Source: SAR116 cluster bacterium AG-426-B08 (GTDB taxonomy: Bacteria > Pseudomonadota > Alphaproteobacteria > Puniceispirillales > Marisalimonadaceae). From it: DNA of 64,000 bases. The position numbers and the translations under genes were made by a program. Shown in pieces: positions 19,539 through 26,401 of the stretch. Within the stretch, counting starts at the first letter, position 1. Each line of letters opens with the position of its first letter. The DNA lies in assembly GCA_003213175.1 (NCBI GenBank), contig QCNN01000004.1:3186-67185 (forward strand). The letters are read 5' to 3'. The notes beneath the pieces were generated by a model. That model ran no database searches. It was given only the letters and a program-made list of their open reading frames with translations, and was not told the DNA's origin.

Positions 19539-19569
19539 TGCAAAAGACAGCTAGACACTGTCTTTTGCA
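19539..19569 (-). terminator. Intra-operon stem-loop (attenuator/mRNA stabiliser) between phnD and phnE
   Basis: TGCAAAAGACAG-ctagaca-CTGTCTTTTGCA forms a perfect 12-bp stem with a 7-nt loop, 10 nt downstream of the phnD stop. On the transcribed strand it is followed by an A/T-rich tract. Confidence 0.6.
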
Positions 19570-19579
19570 TGAAAGTTAA

Positions 19580-20539
19580 TTAGCCTTTTTTCTTCTTGGC
19601 TTCTAATTTTGCTTTTCTAGCTTTTACGATCACTTCATAGAAACTATGATCAACTGGAACCCAAGCTTTTACAATACCATTTGCAACATCTTCACTGCAT
19701 TTTGGATCATTTTTGTGTATCCATTGCTTCATTCCAACCATAACGTCTCTAGCTTCTTGTGGTAATTTCTTTGGCATTACAATTGGGCCATTAGGAATTA
19801 ACTTTGATGACCAAACCTGAACAAGGTCATCCATATTTAAGATACCTTTATCAACCATTTTTCTTAAATTACCAGATGAGTATCCTTCTTCCCATTTACC
19901 AACACCAGATACCCATGTAACACCTGCATCAACGTCACCATTTAGCACAGCTAATACGTTGTTTTCATGACCACCAGAAAATTGTGTCTTTGAGAAGTAA
20001 GTATCAATATTAACGTTATATAATTCTGGTAATTCAATAGATGGAATTAGATATCCAGAAGTAGAATTAGGATCAGCAAAACCTAATTTTTTTCCTTTAA
20101 GGTCATCTAGGGATTTTATACCAGAATCTTTTCTCGCTACCATTACAGAATAATAACCAGTGTCACCAGTAGGTTGCATTCTAGTTAATATAGGTACAAC
20201 CGCATTAGGGTCTTGTAGATAAATTCCAGCATAACCAGAAGAACCAAACCAAGTGTAATCAAGGTTACCACCAAGCATTGATTCCATGGTTCCAGCATAA
20301 TCCTTAAAGGTAAACATTTTAGCTGGGACATTATATGCTTTTTCAACATAATCTTTTAGGCATCCATTTCGTGCAATGATATCCTGGGATGCTTCATCTC
20401 CAAGAAATCCAATTCTGAATTCAGGCTGAAACTTACTAAGATCCATTTTGGGTCCATCATATTTTTTGTCTGCATTAGCTGCAGAAACCATTAAGAAAGC
20501 GGTCAGTACAGCTAAAAAACTATATAATTTTTTTAACAT
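19580..20539 (-). CDS. phnD: PhnD periplasmic phosphonate-binding protein
   Basis: 319 aa with a signal peptide. It has the typical PhnD segments (FRIGFLGDE, YYSVMVARKDSGIKSLDDLKGKKLGFADPNSTSGYL). Confidence 0.9.
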   Translation of the reverse strand: MLKKLYSFLAVLTAFLMVSAANADKKYDGPKMDLSKFQPEFRIGFLGDEASQDIIARNGCLKDYVEKAYNVPAKMFTFKDYAGTMESMLGGNLDYTWFGSSGYAGIYLQDPNAVVPILTRMQPTGDTGYYSVMVARKDSGIKSLDDLKGKKLGFADPNSTSGYLIPSIELPELYNVNIDTYFSKTQFSGGHENNVLAVLNGDVDAGVTWVSGVGKWEEGYSSGNLRKMVDKGILNMDDLVQVWSSKLIPNGPIVMPKKLPQEARDVMVGMKQWIHKNDPKCSEDVANGIVKAWVPVDHSFYEVIVKARKAKLEAKKKKG

Positions 20540-20586
20540 TTATATTTCTCCATTAATTAAAGTTTAGTCCTCTATTTTTCATAAGT

Positions 20587-21396
20587 TTATGCAGTCTTCT
20601 TAAAATCTGCACTCTCCAATGAAACTGATGTCATAGTGCCTTCAAAAGCTTCGTCGGCTTCAGCACCATAAATTTCTCTGGCCTTCTGATTTGTTAGTTT
20701 TGATGGCAAATCATCAAAGACTATTTCTCCGTTCTGCATACCAATAATACGATCACAATACTGCTTTGCAGTATCAAGAGTATGTAGGTTACAAATCACA
20801 GTGATATTTTGTTCATCGTGAATTTTTCTAAGCGATTCCATAACAAGTCTGGCATTTAGAGGATCCAATGATGCTATAGGTTCATCTGCAAGGATTAGTT
20901 TAGGGTCTTGCATCATAGCTCTACATATTGCAACTCTCTGTTGCTGACCACCAGAGAGAGTTTCAGCTCTTTGTAGAGCTGTTTGCATCATACCAAATTT
21001 ATTTAATAAGTTTAGTGCTGCATGTCTTTCTTCTGATGTAAAAAGTTTTAAACTAGCACGCACAGTAGACATTTCATTTAACTTGCCTAGCATCACGTTT
21101 GTTAGCACATCCAACCTTGGAACAAGATTAAACTGTTGAAATATCATGGCACAATTTTTTTGCCATTCGAGTTTATCCTTTTTCTTAAAATCTAATATAT
21201 TTTGATTTTGGAAAAGAATTTCACCTGAGGTGGCATCAGTTAGTCTATTTATTGTTCTTAATAATGTAGATTTACCTGCACCTGATCTTCCAATAATTCC
21301 AATCATTGAGGAATTTTCAACATTTATTGAAACATTATTAACGGCTTTAACTTGATCAAAATATTTTGAAATATTAATTATTTTAAGCATAAACAA
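20587..21396 (-). CDS. phnC: PhnC phosphonate ABC transporter ATP-binding protein
   Basis: 269 aa with Walker A GRSGAGKST, signature LSGGQQQRVAI and Walker B ILADEP. It is the first gene of phnCDEE. Confidence 0.9.
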   Translation of the reverse strand: MFMLKIINISKYFDQVKAVNNVSINVENSSMIGIIGRSGAGKSTLLRTINRLTDATSGEILFQNQNILDFKKKDKLEWQKNCAMIFQQFNLVPRLDVLTNVMLGKLNEMSTVRASLKLFTSEERHAALNLLNKFGMMQTALQRAETLSGGQQQRVAICRAMMQDPKLILADEPIASLDPLNARLVMESLRKIHDEQNITVICNLHTLDTAKQYCDRIIGMQNGEIVFDDLPSKLTNQKAREIYGAEADEAFEGTMTSVSLESADFKKTA

Positions 21397-21586
21397 TCTC
21401 CATGATTCTTTACTTTTTGATCTATAAATATTTCAGTTTTGTTTAATTTTTATTTCTAAATTATTAAACAAAATTTTATTTATTAATTTCAATAGGTTAA
21501 TGGAAATTAAAAAAATTATTTCAAATTCTAATTTTAAATAAATAATTAAAAAAAAATTTGTTTTTGAAAATTAGAGAATCACCTTG

Positions 21587-22159
21587 TTAATTTTTCCAAT
21601 TTAAAACAAAGTTTTTTTGTTCATCTGTATCAATTGATCCTGGTCGATATTTTCTTATATATTGAACAGCATCTTTTGTGGATATTCCTAATTTAGCCAA
21701 TAATAATGATGCGATTGTACCGGTTCTACCTAATCCTGCCTTGCAATGTATTATAATATTTTTTTCTTCTTTTAAAAATCTTTCTAAATCTGAGAGAAGT
21801 AAATTTAACTTCAATAGTGAATTTTTGGTAGGTATATTAAAGTCAATGATTGGAAAATGAAACCAAACGAAATTATTTAATTTAATTTCCTTTATTAAAT
21901 TATCACATCCAAGTGATTTTAATTCTGATATTTCTAAAAGTGATACAATAATATCAATGTGATGATTTTTTAAAATTTTTAGTGTGTTCTCAATTCTAAT
22001 CTTTTGGTTATTAGAGTCTAATAGGGTACCAGGACAACCACATAACCCTAATTTTCCAAAATTTTGAGAATAATGAAATTTGCTAAAATAAATATCTTTT
22101 AATGGTATCCATGTAATTAGATCATCTTTTTGTAATTCATATGTTAAATTAACTACCAT
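21587..22159 (-). CDS. Cys-based (dual-specificity/PTP-like) phosphatase
   Basis: 190 aa with the catalytic loop HCKAGLGRTGT (C-x5-R). No signal peptide. Confidence 0.75.
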   Translation of the reverse strand: MVVNLTYELQKDDLITWIPLKDIYFSKFHYSQNFGKLGLCGCPGTLLDSNNQKIRIENTLKILKNHHIDIIVSLLEISELKSLGCDNLIKEIKLNNFVWFHFPIIDFNIPTKNSLLKLNLLLSDLERFLKEEKNIIIHCKAGLGRTGTIASLLLAKLGISTKDAVQYIRKYRPGSIDTDEQKNFVLNWKN

Positions 22160-22382
22160 AAAATTAAGTATACAGTTATTGATTACAAAAATATTAAGCT
22201 CAATATTACTGAACGGACTCTATTTGCAATCTTATATTGTTTTCTTTTCTTAAAGGAAAAGCTTAATTTTACTAAGTGTCTCCTAATACTCAGATTGTTT
22301 GTAGGAGTATTAATATTGAGATTAGGTTAATCATTTCAAACATGGTATCATAAATTCTTGCTGAAATCAGAAAGTGCTAGTA

Positions 22383-22582
22383 TTGGGCATCACATATAAC
22401 CCAAATGAAATTGCCATTGTAGTTGCTTTTACCTTTTTAATTGCTGGCATTATAAGATGAATTAAGGTATTGGTCTTTCAACTACGGTTATAACCATCAT
22501 GACATTTTTTGTTTCACCGTTGCTAGCTTTAGGATTAAATTTAGTGCCAACGACTGTGGCAAATATTTGGCAATTTAGTTAG
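22383..22582 (+). pseudogene. Remnant of the N-terminus of a TauE/SafE (DUF81)-type permease gene
   Basis: ...LGITYNPNEIAIVVAFTFLIAGIIR is stopped by TGA at 22458-22460. It then continues in another frame as GIGLSTTVITIMTFFVSPLLALGLNLVPTTVANIWQFS and ends at TAG 22580-22582. The sequence resembles the first two TM helices of DUF81 permeases, but the rest of the gene is absent. Confidence 0.35.
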
Positions 22583-22665
22583 TCTGATAACCCTAAGAAA
22601 ATAATAATTAAATATTTTTATTTAATTCTTACAAATTATTTAGAATTTTTTTTCAAAATTATGAA

Positions 22666-23139
22666 TTAAGGGTTTTTAAAGAAACTAAGTGCTTCAGAAA
22701 GTACTCTAAAGTTATTTTTTGATAATAAAATAGCGTTTTTAAAGTAGGAGGCTGCAATTTCATTATTCCCTAGCTTCACCTCTAATTTTCCTAAATTTAA
22801 ATTTACAGCTGCTCTTTGACATAGCTCAATGTTCAAGCATTTTAAATAATCAGCCTTTGCATTCTTATAATCACTAATAAAGAAATATGTATTAGCCCTA
22901 TTAATTAAACTCTCTACAAGGTAACTGTTAGGTATATCTTTACTTTTAATATTAATAGAAAGTAGATTTATAACACCTTGGTAATCTTTTAATAGAAACT
23001 TTTCTTTAGCTGCTTCTACATTTTGAACAAAATTAATTTTGTTTAATTTACTAAAATTGTCGTTAGTGGGTAATGCTGCTAAGACTACATAATTAAGACT
23101 AATAAATAAACAGATTGAGAAAATAAATCTAAGAATCAT
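22666..23139 (-). CDS. Secreted TPR-repeat protein
   Basis: 157 aa with a signal peptide (ICLFISLNYVVLAA) and TPR-like repeats (NRANTYFFISDYKNAKADYLKCL; GKLEVKLGNNEIAASYFKNAILL). Confidence 0.65.
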   Translation of the reverse strand: MILRFIFSICLFISLNYVVLAALPTNDNFSKLNKINFVQNVEAAKEKFLLKDYQGVINLLSINIKSKDIPNSYLVESLINRANTYFFISDYKNAKADYLKCLNIELCQRAAVNLNLGKLEVKLGNNEIAASYFKNAILLSKNNFRVLSEALSFFKNP

Positions 23140-23195
23140 GAAGTTATCAAATTTGTTGCAAATATATTACAATAATATTAAATTTTTATGACAAA

Positions 23196-23714
23196 TCAAG
23201 TTTTTAATTTTGATGTAAACATTCTGGGAAAAAAATAATCGACAACTTCCCCGTTTTTAAAAACTGGTGATTTAAAATTATTTTCGGAATATTCTATAAT
23301 AACAACACCACAAGTCACTAAGTTAACAGGTAACTTATTATAACCTTTAGTTGATAATTGATACATTAATGAATTTAAAATAGGATTATGACCTATTACA
23401 ACCACGGTGCTAAATCCAAGCACTTTGGAGGTTAATTTTTTTTTAATCTGATCTATTGATGCATGATATAAATCTTCTTCAATCGATAAAAAATTGTCTT
23501 TATTGTCCCAATTTAAAAATATATTTTCGTAAGTTAGCTGTGCCCTTAACGCTGGAGAGATTAAAAACAAATCTGGTTTATCTATTCTTTTTTTAAGTTC
23601 CTCAGAAATAACTTTACAAGAATTATAACCTCTTTTGTTTAAACCCCTTTGAAGATCGTTTACGTTACCACTCCAATCGGATTTAGCATGACGTATTAAT
23701 ATTAATTTAGACAT
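23196..23714 (-). CDS. Histidine-phosphatase superfamily protein (SixA-like)
   Basis: 172 aa with the N-terminal LILIRHAKSDW (RHG/RHA catalytic motif) and a later GHNP. Its size matches SixA-type phosphohistidine phosphatases. Confidence 0.75.
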   Translation of the reverse strand: MSKLILIRHAKSDWSGNVNDLQRGLNKRGYNSCKVISEELKKRIDKPDLFLISPALRAQLTYENIFLNWDNKDNFLSIEEDLYHASIDQIKKKLTSKVLGFSTVVVIGHNPILNSLMYQLSTKGYNKLPVNLVTCGVVIIEYSENNFKSPVFKNGEVVDYFFPRMFTSKLKT

Positions 23715-23933
23715 TTAACATTAAAATTTTATCATTATTTGAAATGATTAATTATGTAATTTGATTTTTTTATTTTAAGTATTTTTAAATATCAAAAGCA
23801 CATATCAAGCATTCAAATAAATATATATACCTAATAAATAGTACCATAAATATTTTTCTATGAAATTACAATAAATATCAAGCTGATTTCCATAAAGTCA
23901 ATTGTCATTTCAATAATTGAACCCTGGTCCGTG

Positions 23934-24010
23934 TTCCATGGACTACGGTCAATGGGCAGACCACCCACTGACCATTGACCATTGTTGATTAGGAAAAGGG
24001 TGCAGTAACC
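23934..24010 (+). repeat. 77-bp GC-rich direct repeat, copy 1
   Basis: TTCCATGGACTACGGTCAATGGGCAGACCACCCACTGACCATTGACCATTGTTGATTAGGAAAAGGGTGCAGTAACC is identical at 77/77 positions to 26325-26401. It contains a 9-bp stem (23947-23955 with 23972-23980). Confidence 0.95.
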
Positions 24011-24218
24011 TCCCCCACTTTAAAAATTTTTTGGGACAAGATTATAATTTATCTATTTATTGATTGAAATTAAAAACTTACGTATTACTTCATCTGACAT
24101 CCTATCTTCATTACAATTAAATCTTTATAAAAATTTACAATCAATTAAAATTTTATCAAAAGTTCAAAAGTAAGCTTATCATTTGATAAGACTAAATTAA
24201 AATCTTAGGTTAAAATTA

Positions 24219-24761
24219 GTGAAAAAGAACTTAATAAAAATAGCATATTCATTTGCAGAGGAACGCCACTATGGTCAAGTAAGAAAAGGAAATAAAGGTA
24301 TTCCTTATTTTGAACATATTAAAGAGGTTGTAGCACTTGTAAAAATTTCATCAACAAAAAAAAATGATTCGATCATTATAGCATCTTACCTTCACGATGT
24401 TGTTGAAGATCGCAAAGCAACAAGAAAAGAAATTAAAGATTTATTTGGACACGATGTTGTTGAACTAGTTGAAGAAATGACAGATAAACCCTTCTGTTCT
24501 GAAGCCGAAAGAAGATCAAATCAAATAATGGCGGCTAAAATTATGTCAATTGACGCCTCCTTAATTAAACTTGCGGATAAAATATCTAATATAGAGAATT
24601 TATTTCATGACCCGCCTATATCTTGGAGTAAAAAAGAAATAATTGATTATATAAAATGGGGTCAAGAAGTTGTAAACAATTTACCATATAAAGATATGAA
24701 ATTAATGAAACGCTTTGATAAAATTTGTTTTCAACTTAATAAAAAATTATCTAGTAACTAA
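24219..24761 (+). CDS. HD-domain hydrolase of the SpoT/Mesh1 (small alarmone hydrolase) type
   Basis: 180 aa with a GTG start. AEERHYGQVRKGNKGIPYFEHIKEV...YLHDVVEDRKATRKEIKDLFG..VVELVEEMTD is collinear with the (p)ppGpp-hydrolase HD domain of RelA/SpoT homologs. There is no synthetase domain. Confidence 0.75.
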   Translation: MKKNLIKIAYSFAEERHYGQVRKGNKGIPYFEHIKEVVALVKISSTKKNDSIIIASYLHDVVEDRKATRKEIKDLFGHDVVELVEEMTDKPFCSEAERRSNQIMAAKIMSIDASLIKLADKISNIENLFHDPPISWSKKEIIDYIKWGQEVVNNLPYKDMKLMKRFDKICFQLNKKLSSN

Positions 24762-24835
24762 AACAGCTTTAAAATAAAGAACGTAATATTTTTTTAATAT
24801 TTGTTAAGTATATTATGCTTAAGGAAGGAGTTTAT

Positions 24836-25095
24836 ATGCTTTTTCATCTTAAATATACGCATAGTGCAGAGAGTTATTTAAAAATAATAAAGAAACAAGT
24901 GAGATTTTTAAAAATCGTCTTCGTAAAGCAAATGAGTATGGAGTAACAATTAAATTCAATGTTGGTAACTCACTCGAACATGCAATTTTTATGCTTATAG
25001 AAACTGATACTGCTGAGGGTGTTCATGAATGGCTGGACCCTATAGTTGATTTAGGCCATATCGAACTTACGTCAGTAATTGAAAAGAAGCTTTGA
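24836..25095 (+). pseudogene. Frameshifted small (~86 aa) alpha+beta protein gene
   Basis: A strong SD (AAGGAAGGAG) lies 5 nt before the ATG at 24836. MLFHLKYTHSAES... runs into a stop. A second frame, open from 24865, reads CRELFKNNKETSEIFKNRLRKANEYGVTIKFNVGNSLEHAIFMLIETDTAEGVHEWLDPIVDLGHIELTSVIEKKL and stops at 25093-25095. The frame change lies near 24858-24866. Confidence 0.6.
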
Positions 25096-25227
25096 TAGAA
25101 ATAAAAATAATATATCTTATTCACCAAGAAAAATGGTAGATCTACTTTAAACTTTACACAACTTAACCATTGCTAAATAATTGGCAGATTACCTTTTAAA
25201 AGTATATTGTTTAAATAAAAGAAAATT

Positions 25228-26268
25228 ATGAAAGCTCTAATTTTAAAATATATAAACATAGAAAATTTTAATTTTAAATCAGTTTGGACTATAGTTTTGT
25301 TATTACCATTATTGGTATTTATCTTTATTCCAGATGATTTTAGCTCAATTATTACTTTTGCATCGAAAGCTTTGATGGGGACTATCCCTTTTATATTATT
25401 TGCAGTTAGTTTGGTAGCCTATTTAAAAGCAAGTGGTGCTGAAAGTTTAGTATCAAAAGCATTTAAAGGTAAAGAAATAAAAACTATTTTTATTGCAACT
25501 CTTGTTGGTGGACTTGCTCCCTTCTGTTCATGTGAAGTTATCCCATTTATAGCAAGTATGCTTGCTTTGGGTGTCCCACTTTCAGCTGTAATGGCTTTCT
25601 GGTTGTCATCCCCATTAATTGATCCTCCAGCATTATTAATCACTGCAAGTGCATTAAGTTGGGATTATGCAATTGCGAAAACAGTATCAGCTATGGCAAT
25701 TGGATTAATTGGTGGTTTTGGTATTTATATTTTATCAAAATTTGGAATGTTCTCTAATCCACTAAAACAGCTAAATGGATCTGGATGTGGGTCTTGTTGT
25801 GTTACTAAAGACCCTTTTAATCAAAAACTTGAATTAAAATTTTGGAATAATGCTTTAAGAATAAATATCTTCAAAGAAGAATTTAGATCAAACGGATTAT
25901 TTTTATTGAAATGGTTATCTCTGGCTTATCTAATTGAGGCATTAATGGTTCAATACCTTTCAGCACAAGTTATTGGAAATTTTTTGTCTGGTGATGGTTT
26001 GTCTTCAATTATAATAGGTGCGTTTGCTGGGGTGCCAGCTTATTTAAATTCATATGCAGCCCCTGCAATTGTATCTGGACTAATCGAACAAGGATTAAGT
26101 TCTGGAGGTGCTATGGCATTCTTAGTTGGTGGTGCAATAAGTTCAATTCCTGCAATGACAGCCGTTTGGTCTTTAGTTAATCGCTCAACATTTATTGCTT
26201 ATCTTGTATTTGGTTTTGGTGGGGCTATTTTATGTGGAATAGCTTTTCAAATTTATATGAATTTTTAA
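25228..26268 (+). CDS. COG0701/UPF0718 permease (ArsP-like)
   Basis: 346 aa polytopic membrane protein. It has the family-typical GGLAPFCSCEVIPF motif and a Cys-rich central loop (GSGCGSCCV). Confidence 0.75.
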   Translation: MKALILKYINIENFNFKSVWTIVLLLPLLVFIFIPDDFSSIITFASKALMGTIPFILFAVSLVAYLKASGAESLVSKAFKGKEIKTIFIATLVGGLAPFCSCEVIPFIASMLALGVPLSAVMAFWLSSPLIDPPALLITASALSWDYAIAKTVSAMAIGLIGGFGIYILSKFGMFSNPLKQLNGSGCGSCCVTKDPFNQKLELKFWNNALRINIFKEEFRSNGLFLLKWLSLAYLIEALMVQYLSAQVIGNFLSGDGLSSIIIGAFAGVPAYLNSYAAPAIVSGLIEQGLSSGGAMAFLVGGAISSIPAMTAVWSLVNRSTFIAYLVFGFGGAILCGIAFQIYMNF

Positions 26269-26324
26269 CTTCGATCTTTATTTTGCCTGAGATGATAAGA
26301 GATATTGATTAACCTACATAAATA

Positions 26325-26401
26325 TTCCATGGACTACGGTCAATGGGCAGACCACCCACTGACCATTGACCATTGTTGATTAGGAAAAGGGTGCAGTAAC
26401 C
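26325..26401 (+). repeat. 77-bp GC-rich direct repeat, copy 2
   Basis: Identical to 23934-24010. The flanks diverge immediately outside the block (GTG vs ATA on the left, T vs C on the right). Confidence 0.95.

Noticed and set aside
23938-23988. A 16-codon mini-ORF inside each repeat copy (MDYGQWADHPLTIDHC) and a Cys-rich 16-codon ORF after copy 2 (MGCVYCRQGCRQAFYH, from 26409). I considered them as possible leader peptides or RiPP precursors.
   Set aside because: There is no SD in front of either ATG. The ATGs are part of the palindromic CCATGG sites used in the predicted helices, and no modification or transport genes typical of RiPP clusters are adjacent.
23876-24190. Possible RNase P RNA (rnpB). 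Several short words occur in the same order as in E. coli M1 RNA: AAGCTGA near the 5' end, GTCCG-N-TTCCATGG, AAAGGGTGCAGTAAC-CTCC, GACAAG, and GCTTATC near the 3' end.
   Set aside because: The near-universal P4 element GGAAAGUCC is absent (the sequence reads CCCTGGTCC). No ACAGAA-CCGGCTTA P4 partner can pair with it. Only about 110 nt are GC-rich and the rest is plain AT-rich spacer. I also considered tmRNA, SRP RNA, 6S RNA and several riboswitch classes (cobalamin, ZTP, guanidine, glycine), but none of their signature motifs is present. A covariance-model scan is still needed.
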